From Acidimicrobiales bacterium (lineage in GTDB: Bacteria; Actinomycetota; Acidimicrobiia; Acidimicrobiales; SZUA-35), in contig JAHDBV010000001.1 of the NCBI GenBank assembly GCA_020630195.1, positions 72,314 to 136,313 on the forward strand: 64,000 bases of DNA, read 5' to 3'. Shown here piece after piece: positions 16,510 through 25,372 of this stretch (positions are counted from its first letter, which is position 1; each line of letters opens with the position of its first letter). The translations under genes and the position numbers were made by a program. The notes beneath the pieces are model-generated. The model was not told the DNA's origin and did not search any database. It saw nothing but the letters and a program-made list of their open reading frames with translations.

Positions 16510-17592
16510 GTGGCCCTTGACTCGGAACTCCGCGTCGCGCTCATCACGCCGAGCAGCTTCCTGGACTACTCGACCGGACTTTCGGCGGGGCTCTCACAAC
16601 GCCCTCGACTGAGCCTCGATGTGCATGTGCTGGCACCCAACGGATTCGAGCGCGACGAGCGACTCGAATCCGCCACCTGGTGGCCCACCCCTCGGCTCCG
16701 CGATCCCCGCGGGCTCGGCGTCGCCCGGTCGATCGCTCGAGCGGTGGCCGACGCCGATCTGGTCCACATCCAAGCGACTGCGAACCCCTGGATCGACGCA
16801 ACACTGACCGGCTGGCTCGACCGTCCCGTCGTTGCGACGATCCACGACATCGAGCCACATCCCGGCGACCCCGGCGCCCATCCGCTCGCATTCGCCGCCA
16901 TTCGCCACCTCGCCACGGGTGCCGACCGTGTGATCGTGCACGCCAGTCATGTGGCGGCGGCGACGAATCGGCTCGTCGGCACCGACCCGACGATCATCCC
17001 GCATGGCGAGCTCGGCTCGATCTACGGGGCCGAAGCGACACTGAGCGAGCCCGGACCGGCCTTGTTCTTCGGCAGAGCACACGGGTACAAGGGCCTCGAC
17101 GTTCTCGTCCAGGCCATGGAGATGTTCGAAGGCGACGAGGCAGAACTCATCGTGGCGGGTTCGGGTCCGTCGATCGACAGCCTCCTGAACGCAACGTCGT
17201 TGCCTCCCTCGATCCGTGTGATGAACGGGCGGGTCGACGCCGACGGAGTCCGATCGCTCTTCACCGAGGCGGCATTCGTGGTCCTCCCCTATCTCGAAGC
17301 ATCCCAGAGCGGTGTCGCCGCGCTGGCTGCCGGATTCGGGCGCCCGGTCATCGCGACCGACGTGGGGGGGCTACCCGAACTGGTCGAGCACGACGTGACC
17401 GGCCTCATCGTGCCACCTGACGATGCGCCGGCGCTCGCCGATGCGGTACGACGTCTCTCGACGGACCATGACCTCCGCCATCGGCTCGGGAGGGCGGCGT
17501 TCGAGGTGTCCAGCTCGGGCCGCCTTTCGTGGGGGCACATCGCTGAACAGACCGAGGCGACATACCGCCAGGTGGTCGGCGACCTACTCTGA
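16510..17592 (+). CDS. Glycosyltransferase family 4 (GT-B, group 1)
   Basis: GYKGLDVLVQAM...ELIVAGSGP...FVVLPYLEASQSGVAALAAGFGRPVIATDVGGLPELVEHDVTGLIVPPDD is a classic E-x7-E region. Confidence 0.75.
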   Translation: MALDSELRVALITPSSFLDYSTGLSAGLSQRPRLSLDVHVLAPNGFERDERLESATWWPTPRLRDPRGLGVARSIARAVADADLVHIQATANPWIDATLTGWLDRPVVATIHDIEPHPGDPGAHPLAFAAIRHLATGADRVIVHASHVAAATNRLVGTDPTIIPHGELGSIYGAEATLSEPGPALFFGRAHGYKGLDVLVQAMEMFEGDEAELIVAGSGPSIDSLLNATSLPPSIRVMNGRVDADGVRSLFTEAAFVVLPYLEASQSGVAALAAGFGRPVIATDVGGLPELVEHDVTGLIVPPDDAPALADAVRRLSTDHDLRHRLGRAAFEVSSSGRLSWGHIAEQTEATYRQVVGDLL

Positions 17593-17597
17593 CGCTC

Positions 17598-18647
17598 GTG
17601 TCGAGACGGGTTTTCATCGCCATCGGGGCTGCCCTGTTCGTCGGGGCATGCGGCTCGGCGGCCGGCACCGATGCTGCACCGTCGTCGACGACGGTGCCAC
17701 TCGAGCAGACGACGAGCACCTCGCCGACGCTCACGACCTCGACGACAGCCGCCACGACCACGAGCCAGGCGACCACCACCACGCTGCCCCCGGTCGACTG
17801 GCCGACCGACGTCGAGGATCCGGTCGACCCCGAGATGATCCGATTCTCGCTATCCGCCACGCCGCTCGGGGATCAGAGCTGGGGGCAGACGCAGACCGGC
17901 GGAGAGATCTTCCAGAACGGAGATGTCCCGACAACCGGCATCTCTCTCGACGGCGAGCTCCGATTCGGGGTCGTCGACGCCGGACCGGGAGGGAGCTTCC
18001 GGGCGGTCCGATTCGCGGCGGCCGCCTCCGATCCGACGACGGTCGGCGGGATCCGAACCGAGACTGCACACTATGACCTTCCGCACGAGCGGACGTTCTG
18101 GCAGGCGCTCAGGCTGACCCACGACGATTGGAGCGACACGACCGACTCCCAGATCGTGTTCCAGTGGCACGGCCCTGATGTCGCCGATGCGCCCGGAGCA
18201 CCGGTTCTCGCGTTCTACGTCGATGGCGCGGAGCTCACCGTCACGGTGCGGACCAATGCGGACGCCTCGCCATCGGACGCGACCAACCTGACGGTTCGGC
18301 TTCTCGAGGAGGAGCGGTCACCGTTCCTCGAGCGCTGGGAGGACGTCGTGATCCAGGCGAGGTTGAGTCCGTTCCTCGAGAACGACCCCTTCGTGCGGAT
18401 CTGGTTCGGGGACGAGCTCGTCATCGACTACGACGGTCCGCTCGGGTACAACGTCGCCGAACGGAACTACGCGAAGCTCGGCTACTACCACTGGTTGAAT
18501 GCCGACAACGCGTGGGACCAGTCGGTGCCGGAACGCCATGTGGACATCGGCTACATGGCCGTCATCGAGGATCCCGACGGCGTGTTGGAGCACGAGGTGG
18601 TGCGCGACCATCTCCTCGCGAACCTCACGGTTGCGGAAGGGCCTTGA
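17598..18647 (+). CDS. Lipoprotein with Thr-rich linker and polysaccharide-lyase-like (concanavalin/jelly-roll, PF14099-like) domain, paralog 1
   Basis: Signal peptide plus lipobox MSRRVFIAIGAALFVGAC. A Thr/Ser-rich linker spans about 17676-17789. The domain carries SQIVFQWHG, VLAFYVDG and NYAKLGYYHW motifs. It is about 50% identical to the product of 20416..21687. Confidence 0.5.
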   Translation: MSRRVFIAIGAALFVGACGSAAGTDAAPSSTTVPLEQTTSTSPTLTTSTTAATTTSQATTTTLPPVDWPTDVEDPVDPEMIRFSLSATPLGDQSWGQTQTGGEIFQNGDVPTTGISLDGELRFGVVDAGPGGSFRAVRFAAAASDPTTVGGIRTETAHYDLPHERTFWQALRLTHDDWSDTTDSQIVFQWHGPDVADAPGAPVLAFYVDGAELTVTVRTNADASPSDATNLTVRLLEEERSPFLERWEDVVIQARLSPFLENDPFVRIWFGDELVIDYDGPLGYNVAERNYAKLGYYHWLNADNAWDQSVPERHVDIGYMAVIEDPDGVLEHEVVRDHLLANLTVAEGP

Positions 18648-19638
18648 TGAGCGCCGTCCGCTGCGCTCCGATCGAGTAGCGCTCGGCGTGTCGTTCACGG
18701 GCTCGGCCGCCGCGGGAGCGAGCGAGCGGCGGGTCGGCGAGGAGCTCGGCGATCGCCGCCGCCAGCGCCTCCGGGGCATCCGGCGGGACGACGCGCCCCA
18801 CCCCTTCGAGCACTTCTCGGTGCGAGCCGACGTCCGTCGCGACGATTCCGCATCCCGCGGCCATCGCTTCGAGCAAGGCCATGGACATCGCTTCGCTGCG
18901 GCTCGCCGACACGTAGACACCCGCCCGGTCGAGCAGATCCCCGACCTCATCGCCCGGGACCGGTCCGCGTAGCCGAACCCGGTGATCAGCCGCCAAGCCA
19001 CCATCGTTCAGAACGGGGCCGACGAGCTCGACGATGAGGTGTCGGTCGCCCAGGGAGCGGAGCGCCTCCGCGAGTACCGCCGAGCCCTTCTCCAGGCTCA
19101 CGTCGCCGACCACTGCGATGAGCCGATCGCTCTTGTTCGCTGCTGACACTCGTTCCGGCGACCCGTTCGGAATCAGCCGGATCCGGCCGGGGTCGACGCC
19201 GAGCTCCAGGGTGAAGTCGTACCAGCTCTCACCGAGCACGACGACGAACGTGGCCCGCCGAAAGACCCGCCGGATCCACGACCGGATGAACGGGTGCTGG
19301 CTCCGGAACCAACCGGGATAACGCCCGGAGTGGAGGTGGAGGGAATACGGCCGACCGGTTGCGGACAACACGGTTGCGAGCAACCCCTTCCGAAGAGTGC
19401 TTCCGCCGACAGAGAGGTTCAGGTGGTGGTGGGCCGTCTGCCGGGGGGTCCGAGCGGAGTCCAGAACGATCCGGGCGAAACGAAACACCTCCTGGACCCG
19501 CGGTCGGACCTTGTCCCGGTTGGCGATGAGCTCGACGTCGTAGCCCGGTGGTGACCACCCGTCGAACAATTGAGCCATCGAGCGGCCGACGCCGCCGTCC
19601 CACCCCGGCACGTAGACCAGGAGTCGACGTTCGTTCAT
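18625..19638 (-). CDS. Glycosyltransferase family 4 (GT-B, group 1)
   Basis: ATG 19638 overlaps the stop of the upstream GT26 gene (ATGA). VYVSASRSEAMSMALLEAMAAGCGIVATDVGSHREVL is the E-x7-E region. The 3' end overlaps the convergent gene by 23 nt. Confidence 0.75.
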   Translation of the reverse strand: MNERRLLVYVPGWDGGVGRSMAQLFDGWSPPGYDVELIANRDKVRPRVQEVFRFARIVLDSARTPRQTAHHHLNLSVGGSTLRKGLLATVLSATGRPYSLHLHSGRYPGWFRSQHPFIRSWIRRVFRRATFVVVLGESWYDFTLELGVDPGRIRLIPNGSPERVSAANKSDRLIAVVGDVSLEKGSAVLAEALRSLGDRHLIVELVGPVLNDGGLAADHRVRLRGPVPGDEVGDLLDRAGVYVSASRSEAMSMALLEAMAAGCGIVATDVGSHREVLEGVGRVVPPDAPEALAAAIAELLADPPLARSRGGRARERHAERYSIGAQRTALIKALPQP

Positions 19639-20393
19639 CGAAGGCGGCGGCGCTCCACGACCCACGGCACGACGGCCCGCAGGAAGTGCGCATTCACGAC
19701 GGTGTACCGCTGCCAGAGTCGAATCGGGTCCTTCGCGAATCGGTGGAACCACTCCAGGCCTGCACGCTGCATCCAGACCGGGGCGCGGGACACGACGCCG
19801 ACATAGACGTCGAACGACCCTCCGACGGCCACGGCGATCGCACCGGGCACGGAGGAACCGAGCTCGTCCATCAGGAGCTCCTTCGTGGGCGACGGCAAAG
19901 CGACGAACACGACGTCCGGCCGCGCGTCTGCGAGGCGTCCGAGTGCCGCGGCCGGATCGGCCATGTCGTCGAATCCATTCACCCGGGCGACCACCTCGGC
20001 TCCCGGATGCCGGTCACGCATTGTCGAGGCCATCGCGTCGAGTGTGTCGTCAGTGCTCCCGAGGAGCCCGAACCGCCAGCCGTTGGCCGAGCCCTCGTCG
20101 AGAAGCCGGTCCATGAGATCCGTGCCGTTCAGTCGGGGAATGGAGCGGCCAAGGGCCAGCTTGACCGCCCATCGCAGCGGCACGCCGTCGCAGCCGACCA
20201 CGTCGGCGGAGCGGAGCGCCTCGAGGATCTCGGGGCTCCTCGTCGCCTCGACGACCTTGAGCGCGTTCATCGACAGCTCGGTGCACCCCGTGCCCTGTGC
20301 CCGCCGCTCCGCAGCGAAGTTGATGAACTCCTCGACGCCACCGATGTCGAGCGGGCATCCCGCGACCTCGATGCGTTCCAACTTCGTGGACAT
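19635..20393 (-). CDS. WecB/TagA/CpsF-family glycosyltransferase (GT26), copy 1
   Basis: ATG 20393 is preceded by GGAGGGAG. VFVALPSPTKELLM, VGGSFDVYVGVVSRAP and WMQRAGLEWFHRFAKDPIRLWQRY are typical GT26 C-terminal motifs. Confidence 0.8.
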   Translation of the reverse strand: MSTKLERIEVAGCPLDIGGVEEFINFAAERRAQGTGCTELSMNALKVVEATRSPEILEALRSADVVGCDGVPLRWAVKLALGRSIPRLNGTDLMDRLLDEGSANGWRFGLLGSTDDTLDAMASTMRDRHPGAEVVARVNGFDDMADPAAALGRLADARPDVVFVALPSPTKELLMDELGSSVPGAIAVAVGGSFDVYVGVVSRAPVWMQRAGLEWFHRFAKDPIRLWQRYTVVNAHFLRAVVPWVVERRRLR

Positions 20394-20415
20394 CCCACTC
20401 CCTCCGGGGCCCGGT

Positions 20416-21687
20416 TCAGCGCCCGGTCCGGTGGCGAAGGTACCCGGCGACGTCGGCGAACTCATAGGCCTCGCCCGGATCGTCCACGATCGCCATGTGA
20501 TGAACATGAACCGACCGCTCTGGGATCGAGACGTCCCAGTCGTTGCCCCATGAGGTCCAGTGGTAGAGGCCGAGCTTGGCGTAGTCCTGGTAGCCGGGTT
20601 CGTTGTAGCCGATCGGGCCGACGTAGTCGACGATCAGCGTGCCATCACGCCAGATCCGCAGGAAGCCGCCGTCGTCGTGGAACGGCGTGATGTTCGCCTG
20701 GATCACCAGGTCGACCCACGCCCCTGCCGATGGGGTGTCGGACTCCTGCAGGTGGGTGGTCGTGTTCGACGTGTCGTTCGACGGCGACGAGGAGCCGTCG
20801 TGTCGGGTCACGATCTTCATCGTGTCGCCGATGACGTAGAACGCGAGGATCGGACCGCTCGGCCCGGACCCGGAGTGGTTCCCCGAGTGCCACTGGAACA
20901 CGATCTGGTTGTCCGACGTGCCCGACCAGTCACCGTGGCGCAGCCGGACCGCCTGCCAGAACGTCTCACCTCTCGGCAGGAAGGGATGTGTGGTCTCCGT
21001 CCGAATGCCGCCGACGGTGGCCGGGTCGGTTGCCGTGGCCCGGTATTCGAGGACGCTCGACCCTGACCCGGCCGGATCGCTGACGGCGCCGAACCGGATG
21101 GAACCGTTCCGGGTGACTCCGCTGTCGCCGACCTCGCCGGACTGCCAGATCGACCCGATCGCCTGGGTCTGACCCCAGCGCTGGTTGCCCAGGGGGCTCG
21201 ACGCGTCGATCTCGTTCCGCACGCTGGCGGCGATCTGCGACACCGACGCAGGCGGCGGTGGCTGGGTCGTCGCTGGAGCAGCTGGCAGTGACGTCGACGT
21301 TCCCGAGCTCCCCGGGGAGGGACGAGCGCCCTGCGGCGGCGTCGTCGTCACGGTCGTGGCCGGAGCGACCGTGGTCGTGACAACGGAGCTCGACGTCGTC
21401 GCCGGCACCGTCGAGGAGGGAGAGGGAGCGGGCTCCGGTGCCGCGGTCGAGGTCGGAGGGGTGCGACTGGTCGTGGTGGTGCGACGATCGTCAGCGGCAT
21501 CGACGGGGAGCGATTCGCCGTCGGCGGCTCCGACTCGGCTTGCCGTGGCCGGCTCGGCGAGTTCGGGCGCAGGTGACTCGTCCACGAACGCCAACGCAGC
21601 GCCTTGCTCGCGGTCGTCGAGCCCGGAACAGGCCGTTCCCATGAGCAACACGGCGCCAGCGATGGGCAGAACTCGTCGCAACTCCAT
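20416..21687 (-). CDS. Lipoprotein with long Thr/Pro/Ser linker and polysaccharide-lyase-like jelly-roll domain, paralog 2
   Basis: ATG 21687 lies inside ORF 20416..21852. Signal peptide plus lipobox MELRRVLPIAGAVLLMGTAC. A T/P/S linker of about 80 aa spans about 21247-21483. NQIVFQWHSG, ILAFYVIG and DYAKLGLYHW are paralogous to 17598..18647. Confidence 0.5.
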   Translation of the reverse strand: MELRRVLPIAGAVLLMGTACSGLDDREQGAALAFVDESPAPELAEPATASRVGAADGESLPVDAADDRRTTTTSRTPPTSTAAPEPAPSPSSTVPATTSSSVVTTTVAPATTVTTTPPQGARPSPGSSGTSTSLPAAPATTQPPPPASVSQIAASVRNEIDASSPLGNQRWGQTQAIGSIWQSGEVGDSGVTRNGSIRFGAVSDPAGSGSSVLEYRATATDPATVGGIRTETTHPFLPRGETFWQAVRLRHGDWSGTSDNQIVFQWHSGNHSGSGPSGPILAFYVIGDTMKIVTRHDGSSSPSNDTSNTTTHLQESDTPSAGAWVDLVIQANITPFHDDGGFLRIWRDGTLIVDYVGPIGYNEPGYQDYAKLGLYHWTSWGNDWDVSIPERSVHVHHMAIVDDPGEAYEFADVAGYLRHRTGR

Positions 21688-21878
21688 GGTGATTGCAACG
21701 GGGCGTGCAGCAACGGACCAGAGCGAAGCAGGAGACTGGTCCGCGGCCGAGGGGACCTTCGTCCTGGTAACGGTCGACGCCCCAAGGACGACGACGGCGT
21801 GCGCGCGCTGCCGCTGAGCAAGGTTGACTGTCGTCATCGTTCGAACGGCCACCTACCGTTCGGTCGGGAGGCAGCAGC

Positions 21879-23138
21879 ATGGGCAAGAACGTTGCAGTGA
21901 TCGGCCTGGGATACGTGGGTCTGCCGGTGGCGGTCCGAGCGACCGAGGCCGGATTCGATGTCACGGGCTTCGATGTCGACGACCGCAAGATCGAGGCACT
22001 CGCCTCAGGGCGGACGTACATCGACGACATCACCGACGAGATGGTCGCCGCGACATCGGCGACGGGTCGCTTCCGGGCGACATCCGCCGCGGCGGATGTC
22101 GCGGGCTTCGACATCGCCGTCATCACGGTTCCGACACCGCTGCGCGACGGTGCACCCGATACGAGCTTCATCGAGGGAGCGGCTCGGACGGTCGGGGAGG
22201 CGCTTCGTCCCGGGGCAACCGTCGTGCTCGAGTCGACCACGTACCCGGGCACGACCGAGGAGCTTCTGGCACCGATCCTCGAAGACATCTCGGGCCTCCG
22301 AGCAGGCGACGACTTCCATCTCGGCTTCTCGCCTGAGCGCATCGACCCCGGAAACACCACGTGGACGTTCGAACGGACGCCGAAGATCGTCGCCGGCGTC
22401 GACGACCCGTCGACGAAGACCATCGAGGCGTTCTACGCGGAGCTCGTCGACGAGGTCGTGGTCGCGTCCGGGACGCGCGAAGCCGAGATGGCCAAGTTGC
22501 TCGAGAACACGTTCCGGCATGTGAACATCGCCTTGGTCAACGAGCTGGCAATCCATGCCGACTCGCTGGGCATCGACATCTGGGAGGTGATTCGAACGGC
22601 GTCGTCGAAGCCGTTCGGGTTCATGCCGTTCCGGCCCGGGCCGGGCGTCGGAGGCCACTGCCTTCCGATCGATCCGACCTACCTGTCGTGGCAGTTCGAG
22701 CGGAGGTTGGGCACGGTCTCGCGTTTCGTGAAGATCGCGAATGACATCAACGACAACATGCCGGCCTATGTGGCCCGCCGGGTGCAGGCGCGCTTGAACG
22801 ATCTCCGCAAACCGGTGAACGGATCGCGGATCCTGATTCTCGGCCTGGCCTACAAGGCGAACTCGAACGACGCCCGGGAGACGCCGGCGACCGGCCTCAT
22901 CCGGGCCTTGCTCGATCTCGGAGCCGAGGTGTCGGCTCACGATGCCTGGGTCGATGCCTACGAGCTCGATTCCGTGATCGAGCGGGTAGACCTCACGGAG
23001 GAGTCGCTCGAGCGTGCCGATCTGGTCGTCCTGGTCACCGACCATCAGGACGTCGACTACGACCTCGTGCTCCGGGCGGCTCCGGCGATCCTCGACACCC
23101 GGAACCACCTGGCCGGGGAAAACGTGGAAACACTGTGA
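21879..23138 (+). CDS. Nucleotide-sugar dehydrogenase (UDP-N-acetyl-D-mannosamine/glucosamine 6-dehydrogenase type, WecC/WbpA-like)
   Basis: MGKNVAVIGLGYVGLPVAV Rossmann start, GGHCLPIDP catalytic Cys region, 419 aa. It is followed by wecB with a GTGA overlap. Confidence 0.8.
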   Translation: MGKNVAVIGLGYVGLPVAVRATEAGFDVTGFDVDDRKIEALASGRTYIDDITDEMVAATSATGRFRATSAAADVAGFDIAVITVPTPLRDGAPDTSFIEGAARTVGEALRPGATVVLESTTYPGTTEELLAPILEDISGLRAGDDFHLGFSPERIDPGNTTWTFERTPKIVAGVDDPSTKTIEAFYAELVDEVVVASGTREAEMAKLLENTFRHVNIALVNELAIHADSLGIDIWEVIRTASSKPFGFMPFRPGPGVGGHCLPIDPTYLSWQFERRLGTVSRFVKIANDINDNMPAYVARRVQARLNDLRKPVNGSRILILGLAYKANSNDARETPATGLIRALLDLGAEVSAHDAWVDAYELDSVIERVDLTEESLERADLVVLVTDHQDVDYDLVLRAAPAILDTRNHLAGENVETL

Positions 23139-24250
23139 CCCGCGTTGCGGTCGTGGCTGGCGCCCGACCGAACTTCATGAAGGTCAAGCCGGTCGTCGAT
23201 GCGCTGGATGCGCTCGGCATCGAGACACGACTGGTTCACACGGGCCAGCACTACGACGCAGCGATGTCCGACGTCTTCTTCGACGACCTGGGGCTGCGGC
23301 AACCGGATGTCCACCTCGGAGCGGGTGGCGGTAGCCACGCCGAGGCGACGAGTCGGGTGATGCTCGAGTTCGAGCGGTATGCGGATGTCGACCAGCCGGA
23401 TGCTGTCGTGGTCGTCGGTGACGTGAACTCGACGGTGGCATGCGCACTCGTGGCGGCGAAAGGCGGCGCGGTCGTCGCGCACGTCGAAGCCGGACTGCGA
23501 TCTCGCGACTGGAACATGCCGGAGGAGGTCAATCGAGTCGTGACGGATCGGCTCTCGGACCTGCTCTTCGCTCCGAGCGCCGACGCCGTCGTGAACCTCC
23601 GGGAGGAGGGCTACCGGGACGACCAGATCTCCCTCGCTGGCAACGTGATGATCGACACCTTGCTGGCGAACCGGGATCGGGCCGTGGATCGCCCGCTCCT
23701 CGACGACCTCGGGCTGTCCTCCGGGAGCTACGGAGTGATCACGCTGCACCGACCGTCGAATGTCGACGATCCCGACCAGCTGAACTCGCTTCTCGGAGCG
23801 CTGGAGGTCGTGTCGGCCGAACTCCCTCTGGTGTTCCCAGTCCATCCCCGAACGCGAGCGCAGCTGCCGGATCAGCTGCGGGAGAGCGTTCGTCTCATCG
23901 AGCCGCTCGGCTATCTCGACTTCCTCGCCCTGCAGGCCGGCGCCAGGCTGATGCTCACCGACTCGGGTGGGATCCAGGAGGAGACGACGGCACTCGGCGT
24001 TCCGTGCCTGACGCTTCGTGAGAACACCGAGCGCCCGATCACGATCGAGCAGGGCACCAACCATCTCGTCGGCACCGACCCCGAGACGATCGTCCAGAGC
24101 GCCACCCGAGTCCTGTCGCAACCCCCGGCTCCTCGCTGCCCTGAGCTCTGGGATGGCCGAGCTGGAGAACGCATCGCGGACCGGCTGGTGGCGCGCCTGC
24201 GCGAGCCGAAGCCATTGCGACCGACCGATCGAGCGCCGGACGAGTCGTGA
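23135..24250 (+). CDS. wecB: UDP-N-acetylglucosamine 2-epimerase (non-hydrolysing)
   Basis: RVAVVAGARPNFMKVKPV, HTGQHYD, HVEAGLRS, NMPEEVNR and DSGGIQEETTALGVPCLTLRENTERP are WecB/MnaA hallmarks. Confidence 0.85.
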   Translation: MTRVAVVAGARPNFMKVKPVVDALDALGIETRLVHTGQHYDAAMSDVFFDDLGLRQPDVHLGAGGGSHAEATSRVMLEFERYADVDQPDAVVVVGDVNSTVACALVAAKGGAVVAHVEAGLRSRDWNMPEEVNRVVTDRLSDLLFAPSADAVVNLREEGYRDDQISLAGNVMIDTLLANRDRAVDRPLLDDLGLSSGSYGVITLHRPSNVDDPDQLNSLLGALEVVSAELPLVFPVHPRTRAQLPDQLRESVRLIEPLGYLDFLALQAGARLMLTDSGGIQEETTALGVPCLTLRENTERPITIEQGTNHLVGTDPETIVQSATRVLSQPPAPRCPELWDGRAGERIADRLVARLREPKPLRPTDRAPDES

Positions 24251-25308
24251 ACGCGGCCCCGATGCATGTGGAGGAGCGCATCGCTGAACCCGACACTGAG
24301 CACCACGAGCGGCGTGGTGGTCGGCTCGGCGTCGCCGCGCTGGCCGTTTGGGCAGCGCTCGCAATGCTGGCGCTCCTGCGGAACGATCTGCCCGCGTCGC
24401 TCATCGAGCCCGCCCCGTGGTTGGGCCACGGTCTTCTCTTCTTCTGGTTCAGCCTCGCCGCGTTCTCACTCGTGGCGAAGTCGGCACGAGGCGCGCTGAT
24501 CACGATCCTCGCTCTCTGCGGCGTTGCAGCCGTCAGTGAGTTGATCCAGCCGCTCGTCACCGCACAACGGCGAGCCGAGATCGGGGACTTCCTCGCCAAT
24601 CTCGCCGGCATCGCCGGGGCCGGACTCGTGCTCTTGGCTCTACGCAGCGGGGGGACGCTCAGACCCACGTCTCGGCGTTTCGTCTCGATCCTCTGCCTGG
24701 CTGCGAGCCTGGTGGTCGGTGGTCTGCTGGCGCTCGGCACCGAGTGGGCGCAACTGCGCTGGGACTGTCGTGACCATGCGGTCGGCCGAGGTGCGGTAGT
24801 TCTCGCCGCCGACTCGAACTCCGCCAGCAGCGTCGCGAACGATTCCGTCGGGCTTCGGTGTGCCGCGCTCCGCCACGACGGCCTCACCGTCAACGCCGTC
24901 GTGACGTCGGACGATCTCGAGCAGGCCGGACCCGCACGTCTCCTGACGTCGTCGAACGGGACCGGCCCGGACCAGGTGAACTTCCATCTGGGCCAGGAGG
25001 CCGATGCGCTGTCGGTGCGCGTCAGGGTCCGGGAGAACCCGTCTCGCGAGTGGCTGCTCGTTCCCGGGGTCTTCACGTCCTCCGAGCCGACGCTCGTGTC
25101 ACTCGAGATCGCCGAGGGCGGGGCCCTGGTGGTGGTCACCGTGAACGACGTCGAGCGAGCGGTGTTCGACTTCGAGGACGCGACACTCGCCGGCTGGGAT
25201 GTCGACTACCCGTTCCTCCTCGGTGACGAACTCACGCACGACCGGCCCTTCGCCGGTTCGATCGAGGTCGAGATCCTGGCCGGTGCGGATCCCCGGCGCG
25301 AGCCGTGA
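24247..25308 (+). CDS. VanZ-like membrane domain fused to C-terminal LamG/concanavalin-like domain (copy 1)
   Basis: GTG 24247 overlaps the wecB stop (GTGA). VanZ-like helices are present (PAPWLGHGLLFFWFSLAAF, CGVAAVSELIQPLV, GDFLANLAGIAGAGLVL), followed by an extra TM. The beta-rich C-terminus ends DRPFAGSIEVEILAG, which fits the F-x-G-x-I-x-x-V pattern of LamG_3-type domains. Confidence 0.6.
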   Translation: MNAAPMHVEERIAEPDTEHHERRGGRLGVAALAVWAALAMLALLRNDLPASLIEPAPWLGHGLLFFWFSLAAFSLVAKSARGALITILALCGVAAVSELIQPLVTAQRRAEIGDFLANLAGIAGAGLVLLALRSGGTLRPTSRRFVSILCLAASLVVGGLLALGTEWAQLRWDCRDHAVGRGAVVLAADSNSASSVANDSVGLRCAALRHDGLTVNAVVTSDDLEQAGPARLLTSSNGTGPDQVNFHLGQEADALSVRVRVRENPSREWLLVPGVFTSSEPTLVSLEIAEGGALVVVTVNDVERAVFDFEDATLAGWDVDYPFLLGDELTHDRPFAGSIEVEILAGADPRREP

Positions 25309-25372
25309 CGCGACCGTTCGACATCTACGCTCGCCGAGTGTTCAGGGCTATCGGGACAGAGGCGTCCGCTCG

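Noticed and set aside
21824-21878. TTGACT hexamer and the inverted repeat GAACGG-N7-CCGTTC upstream of the dehydrogenase gene, considered as a promoter/operator
   Set aside because: There is no acceptable -10 element at 16-18 nt spacing. The 6-bp inverted repeat is too short to be distinguished from chance in this GC-rich DNA.
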